This document shows positions 1 to 14,900 of a stretch of 64,000 nucleotides of DNA, piece after piece (position 1 is the stretch's first letter; each line of letters begins with the position of its first letter). The position numbers were made by a program, and so were the translations under genes. Location: positions 304,544,001-304,608,000 of the forward strand of contig OZ024740.1 in NCBI GenBank assembly GCA_964016885.1, given 5' to 3'. Under the pieces are notes generated by a model that ran no database searches, was not told where the DNA came from, and saw nothing but the letters and a program-made list of their open reading frames with translations. The stretch comes from Eledone cirrhosa (Eukaryota).

Positions 1-3000
1 TACACCCATCTGTTCACTCATTGTTGACTTAAACAGCATCAATAACTGCTACCACTACACCCATCTGTTCACTCATTGTTGACCTAAACAGCATCAATAA
101 CTACTACCACTACACCCATCTGTTCACTCATTGTTGACCTAAACAGCATCAATAACTACTACCACTACACCCATCTGTTCACTCAGCGTTGACCTAAACA
201 GCATCAATAACTACTACCACTACACCCATCTGTTCACTCATTGTTGACCTAAACAGCATCAATAACTACTACCACTACACCCATCTGTTCACTCAGCGTT
301 GACCTAAACAGCATCAATAACTACTACCACTACACCCATCTGTTCACTCAGCGTTGACCTAAACAGCATCAATAACTGCTACCACTACACCCATCTGTCA
401 CTCATTGTTGACCTAAACAGCATCAACAACTACTACCACTACACCCATCTGTTCACTCATTGTTCACCTAAACAGCATCAATAACTACTACCACTAGACC
501 CATCTGTTCAATCATGGTTGACCTAAACAGCATCAATAACTACTACCACTACACCCATCTGTTCACTCATTGTTGACCTAAACAGCATCAATAACTACTA
601 CCACTACACCCATCTGTTCACTCATTGTTCACCTAAACAGCATCAATAACTACTACCACTACACCCATCTGTTCACTCATGGTTGACCTAAACAGCATCA
701 ATAACTACTACCACTACACTCATCTGTTCACTCATTGTTGACCTGAACAGCATCAATAACTACTACCACTACACCCATCTGTCACTCATTGTTGACCTAA
801 ACAGTATCAATAACTACTACCACTACACCCATCTGTTCACTCATTGTTGACCTAAACAGCATCAATAACTACTACCACTACACCCATCTGTTCACTCATT
901 GTTGACCTAAACAGCATCAATAACTACTACCACTACACCCATCTGTTCACTCATTGTTCACCTAAACAGCATCAATAACTACTACCACTACACCCATCTG
1001 TTCACTCATGGTTGACCTAAACAGCATCAATAACTACTACCACTACACTCATCTGTTCACTCATTGTTGACCTAAACAGCATCAATAACTACTACCACTA
1101 CACCCATCTGTTCACTCATTGTTGACCTAAACAGCATCAACAACTACTACCACTACACCCATCTGTTCGCTCATTGTTCACCTAAACAGCATCAATAACT
1201 ACTACCACTACACCCATCTGTTCACTCATTGTTGACCTAAACAGCATCAATAACTACTACCACTACACCCATCTGTTCACTCATTGTTGACCTAAACAGT
1301 ATCAATAACTACTACCACTACACCCATCTGTTCACTCATTGTTGACCTAAACAGTATCAATAACTACTACCACTACACCCATCTGTTCAATCATGGTTGA
1401 CCTAAACAGCATCAATAACTACTACCACTACACCCATCTGTCACTCATTGTTGACCTAAACAGTATCAATAACTACTACCACTACACCCATCTGTTCAAT
1501 CATGGTTGACCGAAACAGCATCAATAACTACTACCACTACACTCATCTGTTCACTCATTGTTGACCTAAACAGCATCAATAACTACTACCACTACACCCA
1601 TCTGTCACTCATTGTTGACCTAAACAGTATCAATAACTACTACCACTACACCCATCTGTTCACTCATTGTTGACCTAAACAGCATCAATAACTACTACCA
1701 CTACACCCATCTGTTCACTCATTGTTGACCTAAACAGCATCAATAACTACTACCACTACACCCATCTGTTCACTCATTGTTGACCTAAACAGCATCAACA
1801 ACTACTACCACTACACCCATCTGTTCAATCATGGTTGACCTAAACAGCATCAATAACTACTACCACTACACCCATCTGTTCACTCATTGTTGACCTAAAC
1901 AGCATCAATAACTACTACCACTACACCCATCTGTTCACTCATTGTTGACCTAAACAGCATCAATAACTGCTACCACTACACCCATCTGTTCACTCATTGT
2001 TGACCTAAACAGCATCAATAACTACTACCACTACACCCATCTGTTCACTCATTGTTGACCTAAACAGCATCAATAACTACTACCACTACACCCATCTGTT
2101 CACTCATTGATGACCTAAACAGCATCAATAACTACTACCACTACACCCATCTGTTCACTCATTGTTGACCTAAACAGCATCAATAACTACTACCACTACA
2201 CCCATCTGTTCACTCATTGTTGACCTAAACTGTATCAATAACTACTACCACTACACCCATCTGTTCACTCATTGTTGACCTAAACAGTATCAATAACTAC
2301 TACCACTACACCCATCTGTTCACTCATTGTTGACCTAAACAGTATCAATAACTATTACCACTACACCCATCTGTTCACTCATTGTTGACCTAAACAGCAT
2401 CAATAACTACTACCACTACACCCATCTGTTCACTCATTGTTGACCTAAACAGCATCAATAACTGCTACCACTACACCCATCTGTTCACTCATTGTTGACC
2501 TAAACAGCATCAATAACTACTACCACTACACCCATCTGTCCACTCATTGTTGACCTAAACAGCATCAATAACTGCTACCACTACACCCATCTGTTCACTC
2601 ATTGTTGACCTAAACAGCATCAATAACTACTACCACTACACCCATCTGTCCACTCATTGTTGACCTAAACAGCATCAATAACTACTACCACTACACCCAT
2701 CTGTCCACTCATTGTTGACCTAAACAGCATCAATAACTACTACCACTACACCCATCTGTCCACTCATTGTTGACCTAAACAGCATCAATAACTACTACCA
2801 CTACACCCATCTGTTCACTCATTGTTGACCTAAACAGCATCAATAACTACTACCACTACACCCATCTGTTCACTCATTGTTGACCTAAACAGTATCAATA
2901 ACTACTACCACTACACCCATCTGTTCACTCATTGTTGACCTAAACAGCATCAATAACTGCTACCACTACACCCATCTGTTCACTCATTGTTGACCTAAAC

Positions 3001-6000
3001 AGCATCAATAACTACTACCACTACACCCATCTGTTCACTCAGCGTTGATCTAAACAGCATCAATAACTACTACCACTACACCCATCTGTTCACTCATTGT
3101 TGACCTCAACAGCATCAATAACTACTACCACTACACCCATCTGTTCACTCATTGTTGACCTAAATAGCATCAATAACTACTACCACTACACCCATCTGTT
3201 GACTCATTGTTGAGCTAAATAGCATCAATATCTACTACCACTACACCCATCTGTTCACTCATTGTTGACCTAAACAGTATCAATAAATACTACCACTACA
3301 TCCATCAGTTCACTCATTGTTGACCTAAACAGCATCAATAACTACTACCACTACACCCATCTGTTCACTCATTGTTGACCTAAACAGCATCAACAACTAC
3401 TACCACTACACCCATCTGTTCACTCAGCGTTGACCTAAACAGCATCAATAACTACTACCACTACACCCATCTGTCCACTCATTGTTGACCTAAACAGCAT
3501 CAATAACTGCTACCACTACACCCATCTGTTCACTCATTGTTGACCTAAACAGCATCAATAACTACTACCACTACACCCATCTGTTCACTCATTGTTGACC
3601 TAAACAGCATCAATAACTACTACCACTACACCCATCTGTTCACTCATTGTTCACCTAAACAGCATCAATAACTACTACCACTACACCCATCTGTTCACTC
3701 ATGGTTGACCTAAACAGCATCAATAACTACTACCACTACACTCATCTGTTCACTCATTGTTGACCTAAACAGCATCAATAACTACTACCACTACACCCAT
3801 CTGTTCACTCAGCGTTGACCTAAACAGCATCAATAACTACTACCACTACACCCATCTGTTCACTCATTGTTGACCTAAACAGCATCAATAACTGCTACCA
3901 CTACACCCATCAGTTCACTCATTGTTGACCTAAACAGCATCAACAACTACTACCACTACACCCATCTGTTCACTCATTGTTGACCTAAACAGTATCAATA
4001 ACTGCTACCACTACACCCATCAGTTCACTCATTGTTGACCTAAACAGCATCAATAACTACTACCACTACACCCATCTGTTCACTCATTGTTGACCTAAAC
4101 AGCATAAATAACTACTACCACTACACCCATCTGTTCACTCAGCGTTGACCTAAACAGCATCAATAACTACTACCACTACACCCATCTGTTCACTCAGCGT
4201 TGACCTAAACAGCATCAATAACTACTACCACTACACCCATCTGTTCACTCAGCGTTCACCTAAACAGCATCAATAACTGCTACCACTACACCCATCTGTC
4301 ACTCATTGTTGACCTAAACAGCATCAACAACTACTACCACTACACCCATCTGTTCACTCATTGTTCACCTAAACAGCATCAATAACTACTACCACTACAC
4401 CCATCTGTTCACTCATTGTTTACCTAAACAGCATCAATAACTACTACCACTACACCCATCTGTTCACTCATGGTTGACCTAAACAGCATCAATAACTACT
4501 ACCACTACACCCATCTGTTCACTCATTGTTGACCTAAACAGCATCAATAACTACTACCACTACACCCATCTGTTCACTCATTGTTGACCTAAACAGCATC
4601 AATAACTACTACCACTACACCCATCTGTTCACTCATGGTTGACCTAAACAGCATCAATAACTACTACCACTACACCCATCTGTTCACTCATTGTTGACCT
4701 AAACAGCATCAATAACTACTACCACTACACCCATCTGTTCACTCATTGTTGACCTAAACAGCATCAATAACTACTACCACTACACCCATCTGTTCACTCA
4801 TTGTTGACCTAAACAGCATCAATAACTACTACCACTACACCCATCTGTTCACTCATTGTTGACCTAAACAGCATCAATAACTACTACCACTACACCCATC
4901 TGTTCACTCATTGTTGACCTAAACAGCATCAATAACTACTACCACTACATCCATCTGTTCACTCATTGTTGACCTAAACAGCATCAATAACTACTACCAC
5001 TACACCCATCTGTTCACTCATTGTTGACCTAAACAGCATCAATAACTACTACCACTACACCCATCTGTTCACTCATTGTTGACTTAAACAGCATCAATAA
5101 CTGCTACCATTACACCCATCTGTTCACTCATTGTTGACCTAAACAGCATCAATAACTACTACCACTACATCCATCTGTTCACTCATTGTTGACCTAAACA
5201 GTATCAATAACTACTACCACTACACCCATCTGTTCACTCATTGTTGACTTAAACAGCATCAATAACTGCTACCACTACACCCATCTGTTCACTCATTGTT
5301 GACCTAAACAGCATCAATAACTACTACCACTACACCCATCTGTTCACTCATTGTTGACCTAAACAGCATCAATAACTACTACCACTACACCCATCTGTTC
5401 ACTCAGCGTTGACCTAAACAGCATCAATAACTACTACCACTACACCCATCTGTTCACTCATTGTTGACCTAAACAGCATCAATAACTACTACCACTACAC
5501 CCATCTGTTCACTCAGCGTTGACCTAAACAGCATCAATAACTACTACCACTACACCCATCTGTTCACTCAGCGTTGACCTAAACAGCATCAATAACTGCT
5601 ACCACTACACCCATCTGTCACTCATTGTTGACCTAAACAGCATCAACAACTACTACCACTACACCCATCTGTTCACTCATTGTTCACCTAAACAGCATCA
5701 ATAACTACTACCACTAGACCCATCTGTTCAATCATGGTTGACCTAAACAGCATCAATAACTACTACCACTACACCCATCTGTTCACTCATTGTTGACCTA
5801 AACAGCATCAATAACTACTACCACTACACCCATCTGTTCACTCATTGTTCACCTAAACAGCATCAATAACTACTACCACTACACCCATCTGTTCACTCAT
5901 GGTTGACCTAAACAGCATCAATAACTACTACCACTACACTCATCTGTTCACTCATTGTTGACCTGAACAGCATCAATAACTACTACCACTACACCCATCT

Positions 6001-8827
6001 GTCACTCATTGTTGACCTAAACAGTATCAATAACTACTACCACTACACCCATCTGTTCACTCATTGTTGACCTAAACAGCATCAATAACTACTACCACTA
6101 CACCCATCTGTTCACTCATTGTTGACCTAAACAGCATCAATAACTACTACCACTACACCCATCTGTTCACTCATTGTTCACCTAAACAGCATCAATAACT
6201 ACTACCACTACACCCATCTGTTCACTCATGGTTGACCTAAACAGCATCAATAACTACTACCACTACACTCATCTGTTCACTCATTGTTGACCTAAACAGC
6301 ATCAATAACTACTACCACTACACCCATCTGTTCACTCATTGTTGACCTAAACAGCATCAACAACTACTACCACTACACCCATCTGTTCGCTCATTGTTCA
6401 CCTAAACAGCATCAATAACTACTACCACTACACCCATCTGTTCACTCATTGTTGACCTAAACAGCATCAATAACTACTACCACTACACCCATCTGTTCAC
6501 TCATTGTTGACCTAAACAGTATCAATAACTACTACCACTACACCCATCTGTTCACTCATTGTTGACCTAAACAGTATCAATAACTACTACCACTACACCC
6601 ATCTGTTCAATCATGGTTGACCTAAACAGCATCAATAACTACTACCACTACACCCATCTGTCACTCATTGTTGACCTAAACAGTATCAATAACTACTACC
6701 ACTACACCCATCTGTTCAATCATGGTTGACCGAAACAGCATCAATAACTACTACCACTACACTCATCTGTTCACTCATTGTTGACCTAAACAGCATCAAT
6801 AACTACTACCACTACACCCATCTGTCACTCATTGTTGACCTAAACAGTATCAATAACTACTACCACTACACCCATCTGTTCACTCATTGTTGACCTAAAC
6901 AGCATCAATAACTACTACCACTACACCCATCTGTTCACTCATTGTTGACCTAAACAGCATCAATAACTACTACCACTACACCCATCTGTTCACTCATTGT
7001 TGACCTAAACAGCATCAACAACTACTACCACTACACCCATCTGTTCAATCATGGTTGACCTAAACAGCATCAATAACTACTACCACTACACCCATCTGTT
7101 CACTCATTGTTGACCTAAACAGCATCAATAACTACTACCACTACACCCATCTGTTCACTCATTGTTGACCTAAACAGCATCAATAACTGCTACCACTACA
7201 CCCATCTGTTCACTCATTGTTGACCTAAACAGCATCAATAACTACTACCACTACACCCATCTGTTCACTCATTGTTGACCTAAACAGCATCAATAACTAC
7301 TACCACTACACCCATCTGTTCACTCATTGATGACCTAAACAGCATCAATAACTACTACCACTACACCCATCTGTTCACTCATTGTTGACCTAAACAGCAT
7401 CAATAACTACTACCACTACACCCATCTGTTCACTCATTGTTGACCTAAACTGTATCAATAACTACTACCACTACACCCATCTGTTCACTCATTGTTGACC
7501 TAAACAGTATCAATAACTACTACCACTACACCCATCTGTTCACTCATTGTTGACCTAAACAGTATCAATAACTATTACCACTACACCCATCTGTTCACTC
7601 ATTGTTGACCTAAACAGCATCAATAACTACTACCACTACACCCATCTGTTCACTCATTGTTGACCTAAACAGCATCAATAACTGCTACCACTACACCCAT
7701 CTGTTCACTCATTGTTGACCTAAACAGCATCAATAACTACTACCACTACACCCATCTGTCCACTCATTGTTGACCTAAACAGCATCAATAACTGCTACCA
7801 CTACACCCATCTGTTCACTCATTGTTGACCTAAACAGCATCAATAACTACTACCACTACACCCATCTGTCCACTCATTGTTGACCTAAACAGCATCAATA
7901 ACTACTACCACTACACCCATCTGTCCACTCATTGTTGACCTAAACAGCATCAATAACTACTACCACTACACCCATCTGTCCACTCATTGTTGACCTAAAC
8001 AGCATCAATAACTACTACCACTACACCCATCTGTTCACTCATTGTTGACCTAAACAGCATCAATAACTACTACCACTACACCCATCTGTTCACTCATTGT
8101 TGACCTAAACAGTATCAATAACTACTACCACTACACCCATCTGTTCACTCATTGTTGACCTAAACAGCATCAATAACTGCTACCACTACACCCATCTGTT
8201 CACTCATTGTTGACCTAAACAGCATCAATAACTACTACCACTACACCCATCTGTTCACTCAGCGTTGATCTAAACAGCATCAATAACTACTACCACTACA
8301 CCCATCTGTTCACTCATTGTTGACCTCAACAGCATCAATAACTACTACCACTACACCCATCTGTTCACTCATTGTTGACCTAAATAGCATCAATAACTAC
8401 TACCACTACACCCATCTGTTGACTCATTGTTGAGCTAAATAGCATCAATATCTACTACCACTACACCCATCTGTTCACTCATTGTTGACCTAAACAGTAT
8501 CAATAAATACTACCACTACATCCATCAGTTCACTCATTGTTGACCTAAACAGCATCAATAACTACTACCACTACACCCATCTGTTCACTCATTGTTGACC
8601 TAAACAGCATCAACAACTACTACCACTACACCCATCTGTTCACTCAGCGTTGACCTAAACAGCATCAATAACTACTACCACTACACCCATCTGTCCACTC
8701 ATTGTTGACCTAAACAGCATCAATAACTGCTACCACTACACCCATCTGTTCACTCATTGTTGACCTAAACAGCATCAATAACTACTACCACTACACCCAT
8801 CTGTTCACTCATTGTTGACCTAAACAG
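1..8827. repeat. Higher-order duplication with a 5,220-bp (95-monomer) period
   Basis: 1-~3607 is repeated at 5221-~8827 with the same rare variants: acctgaacag (741/5961), tgtatcaata (2231/7451), actattacca (2351/7571), agcgttgatc (3041/8261). 95 x 55 minus five 1-bp deletions gives 5,220. Confidence 0.92.
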
Positions 8828-11800
8828 TATCAATAACTACTACCACTACACCCATCTGTTCACTCATTGTTGACCTAAACAGCATCAATAACTGCTACCA
8901 CTACACCCATCTGTTCACTCATTGTTGACCTAAACAGCATCAATAACTACTACCACTACACCCATCTGTTCACTCAGCGTTGACCTAAACAGCATCAATA
9001 ACTACTACCACTACACCCATCTGTTCACTCATTGTTGACCTCAACAGCATCAATAACTACTACCACTACACCCATCTGTTCACTCATTGTTGACCTAAAT
9101 AGCATCAATAACTACTACCACTACACCCATCTGTTGACTCATTGTTGAGCTAAATAGCATCAATATCTACTACCACTACACCCATCTGTTCACTCATTGT
9201 TGACCTAAACAGTATCAATAAATACTACCACTACATCCATCAGTTCACTCATTGTTGACCTAAACAGCATCAATAACTACTACCACTACACCCATCTGTT
9301 CACTCATTGTTGACCTAAACAGCATCAACAACTACTACCACTACACCCATCTGTTCACTCAGCGTTGACCTAAACAGCATCAATAACTACTACCACTACA
9401 CCCATCTGTTCACTCATTGTTGACCTAAACAGCATCAATATCTACTACCACTACACCCATCTGTTCACTCATTGTTGACCTAAACAGCATCAATAACTAC
9501 TACCACTACACCCATCTGTTCACTCATTGTTGACCTAAACAGCATCAATAACTACTACCACTACACCCATCTGTTCACTCAGCGTTGACCTAAACAGCAT
9601 CAATAACTACTACCACTACACCCATCTGTTCACTCATTGTTGACCTAAATAGCATCAATAACTACTACCACTACACCCATCTGTTGACTCATTGTTGAGC
9701 TAAATAGTATCAATAACTACTACCACTACACCCATCTGTTCACTCATTGTTGACCTAAACAGTATCATTAACTACTACCACTACACCCATCTGTTCACTC
9801 ATTGTTGACCTAAACAGCATCAATAACTACTACCACTACACCCATCTGTTCACTCATTGTTGACCTAAACAGCATCAATAACTACTACCACTACACCCAT
9901 CTGTTCACTCAGCGTTGACCTAAACAGCATCAATAACTACTACCACTACACCCATCTGTTCACTCATTGTTGACCTAAATAGCATCAATAACTACTACCA
10001 CTACACCCATCTGTTCACTCATTGTTGACCTAAACAGCATCAATAACTGCTACCACTACACCCATCTGCTGACTCATTGTTGAGCTAAACAGCATCAATA
10101 ACTACTACCACTACACCCATCTGTTCACTCATTGTTGACCTAAACAGCATCAATAACTACTACCACTACACCCATCTGTTCACTCAGCGTTGACCTAAAC
10201 AGCATCAATAACTACTACCACTACACCCATCTGTTCACTCATTGTTGACCTAAACAGCATCAATAACTACTACCACTACACCCATCTGTTCACTCAGCGT
10301 TGACCTAAACAGCATCAATAACTACTACCACTACACCCATCTGTTCACTCATTGTTGACCTAAATAGCATCAATAACTACTACCACTACACCCATCTGTT
10401 CACTCATTGTTGACCTAAACAGCATCAATAACTGCTACCACTACACCCATCTGTTGACTCATTGTTGAGCTAAACAGCATCAATAACTACTACCACTACA
10501 CCCATCTGTTCACTCATTGTTGACCTAAACAGCATCAATAACTACTACCACTACACCCATCTGTTCACTCAGCGTTGACCTAAACAGCATCAATAACTAC
10601 TACCACTACACCCATCTGTTGACTCATTGTTGAGCTAAATAGCATCAATAACTACTACCACTACACCCATCTGTTCACTCATTGTTGACCTAAACAGTAT
10701 CAATAACTACTACCACTACACCCATCTGTCACTCATTGTTGACCTAAACAGTATCAATAACTACTACCACTACACCCATCTGTTCACTCATTGATGACCT
10801 AAACAGCATCAATAACTACTACCACTACACCCATCTGTTCACTCATGGTTGACCTAAACAGTATCAATAACTACTACCACTACACCCATCTGTTCACTCA
10901 TTGTTGACCTAAACAGCATCAATAACTACTACCACTACACCCATCTGTTCACTCAGCGTTGACCTAAACAGCATCAATAACTACTACCACTACACCCATC
11001 TGTTCACTCAGCGTTGACCTAAACAGCATCAATAACTGCTACCACTACACCCATCTGTCACTCATTGTTGACCTAAACAACATCAACAACTACTACCACT
11101 ACACCCATCTGTTCACTCATTGTTCACCTAAACAGCATCAATAACTACTACCACTAGACCCATCTGTTCAATCATGGTTGACCTAAACAGCATCAATAAC
11201 TACTACCACTACACCCATCTGTCACTCATTGTTGACCTAAACAGTATCAATAACTACTACCACTACACCCATCTGTTCAATCATGGTTGACCTAAACAGC
11301 ATCAATAACTACTACCACTACACCCATCTGTTCACTCATTGTTCACCTAAACAGCATCAATAACTACTACCACTACACTCATCTGTTCACTCATTGTTGA
11401 CCTAAACAGCATCAATAACTACTACCACTACACCCATCTGTCACTCATTGTTGACCTAAACAGTATCAATAACTACTACCACTACACCCATCTGTTCACT
11501 CATTGTTGACCTAAACAGCATCAATAACTACTACCACTACACCCATCTGTTCACTCATTGTTCACCTAAACAGCATCAATAACTACTACCACTACACCCA
11601 TCTGTTCACTCATTGTTGACCTAAACAGCATCAATAACTACTACCACTACACCCATCTGTTCACTCATTGTTGACCTAAACAGTATCAATAACTACTACC
11701 ACTACACCCATCTGTTCAATCATGGTTGACCTAAACAGCATCAATAACTACTACCACTACACCCATCTGTTCACTCATTGTTGACCTAAACAGCATCAAT

Positions 11801-11999
11801 AACTACTACCACTACACCCATCTGTTCACTCATTGTTGACCTAAACAGCATCAATAACTACTACCACTACACCCATCTGTTCACTCAGCGTTGACCTAAA
11901 CAGCATCAACAACTACTACCACTACACCCATCTGTTCACTCATTGTTGACCTAAACAGCATCAATAACTACTACCACTACACCCATCTGTTCACTCATT

Positions 12000-14900
12000 G
12001 TTGACCTAAACAGCATCAATAACTACTACCACTACACCCATCTGTTCAATCATGGTTGACCTAAACAGCATCAATAACTACTACCACTACACCCATCTGT
12101 TCACTCATTGTTGACCTAAACAGCATCAATAACTACTACCACTACACCCATCTGTTCACTCATTGTTGACCTAAACAGCATCAATAACTGCTACCACTAC
12201 ACCCATCTGTCACTCATTGTTCACCTAAACAACATCAATAACTGCTACCACTACACCCATCTGTTCACTCATTGTTGACCTAAACAGCATCAATAACTAC
12301 TACCACTACACCCATCTGTCACTCATTGTTGACCTCAACAGCATCAATAACTACTACCACTACACCCATCTGTCACTCATTGTTGACCTCAACAGCATCA
12401 ATAACTACTACCACTACACCCATCTGTCATTCATTGTTGACCTAAACAGCATCAATAACTGCTACCACTACACCCATCTGTTCACTCATTGTTGACCTAA
12501 ACAGTATCAATAACTACTACCACTACATCCATCAGTTCACTCAGCGTTGACCTAAACAGCATCAATAACTACTACCACTACACCCATCTGTTCACTCATG
12601 GTTGACCTAAACAGCATCAATAACTGCTACCACTACACCCATCTGTTGACTCATGGTTGACCTAAACAGCATCAATAACTGCTACCACTACACCCATCTG
12701 TCCACTCATTGTTGACCTAAACAGCATCAATAACTACTACCACTACACCCATCTGTTGACTCATGGTTGACCTAAACAGTATCAATAACTACTACCACTA
12801 CACCCATCTGTCCACTCATTGTTGACCTAAACAGCATCAACAACTACTACCACTACACCCATCTGTTCACTCATTGTTGACCTAAACAGCATCAATAACT
12901 ACTACCACTACACCCATCTGTCACTCATTGTTGACCTAAACAGCATCAATAACTACTACCACTACACCCATCTGTTGACCCAGGGTTGACCTAAACAGTA
13001 TCAATAACTACTACCACTACACCCATCTGTTCACTCATTGTTGACCTAAACAGCATCAATAACTACTACCACTACACCCATCTGTTCACTAATGGTTGAC
13101 CTAAATAGCATCAATAACTACTACCACTACACCCATCTGCTCACTCATGGTTGACCTAAATAGCATCAATAACTACTACCACTACACCCATCTGTTCACT
13201 CATTGTTGACCTAAACAGCATCAATAACTGCTACCACTACACCCATCAGTTCACTCATTGTTGACCTAAACAGCATCAACAACTACTACCACTACACCCA
13301 TCTGTTCACTCATTGTTGACCTAAACAGTATCAATAACTGCTACCACTACACCCATCAGTTCACTCATTGTTGACCTAAACAGCATCAATAACTACTACC
13401 ACTACACCCATCTGTTCACTCATTGTTGACCTAAACAGCATAAATAACTACTACCACTACACCCATCTGTTCACTCAGCGTTGACCTAAACAGCATCAAT
13501 AACTACTACCACTACACCCATCTGTTCACTCAGCGTTGACCTAAACAGCATCAATAACTACTACCACTACACCCATCTGTTCACTCATTGTTGACCTAAA
13601 CAGCATCAATAACTGCTACCACTACACCCATCAGTTCACTCATTGTTGACCTAAACAGCATCAACAACTACTACCACTACACCCATCTGTTCACTCATTG
13701 TTGACCTAAACAGTATCAATAACTGCTACCACTACACCCATCAGTTCACTCATTGTTGACCTAAACAGCATCAATAACTACTACCACTACACCCATCTGT
13801 TCACTCATTGTTGACCTAAACAGCATAAATAACTACTACCACTACACCCATCTGTTCACTCAGCGTTGACCTAAACAGCATCAATAACTACTACCACTAC
13901 ACCCATCTGTTCACTCAGCGTTGACCTAAACAGCATCAATAACTACTACCACTACACCCATCTGTTCACTCAGCGTTGACCTAAACAGCATCAATAACTG
14001 CTACCACTACACCCATCTGTCACTCATTGTTGACCTAAACAGCATCAACAACTACTACCACTACACCCATCTGTTCACTCATTGTTCACCTAAACAGCAT
14101 CAATAACTACTACCACTACACCCATCTGTTCACTCATTGTTTACCTAAACAGCATCAATAACTACTACCACTACACCCATCTGTTCACTCATGGTTGACC
14201 TAAACAGCATCAATAACTACTACCACTACACCCATCTGTTCACTCATTGTTGACCTAAACAGCATCAATAACTACTACCACTACACCCATCTGTTCACTC
14301 ATTGTTGACCTAAACAGCATCAATAACTACTACCACTACACCCATCTGTTCACTCATGGTTGACCTAAACAGCATCAATAACTACTACCACTACACCCAT
14401 CTGTTCACTCATTGTTGACCTAAACAGCATCAATAACTACTACCACTACACCCATCTGTTCACTCATTGTTGACCTAAACAGCATCAATAACTACTACCA
14501 CTACACCCATCTGTTCACTCATTGTTGACCTAAACAGCATCAATAACTACTACCACTACACCCATCTGTTCACTCATTGTTGACCTAAACAGCATCAATA
14601 ACTACTACCACTACACCCATCTGTTCACTCATTGTTGACCTAAACAGCATCAATAACTACTACCACTACATCCATCTGTTCACTCATTGTTGACCTAAAC
14701 AGCATCAATAACTACTACCACTACACCCATCTGTTCACTCATTGTTGACCTAAACAGCATCAATAACTACTACCACTACACCCATCTGTTCACTCATTGT
14801 TGACTTAAACAGCATCAATAACTGCTACCATTACACCCATCTGTTCACTCATTGTTGACCTAAACAGCATCAATAACTACTACCACTACATCCATCTGTT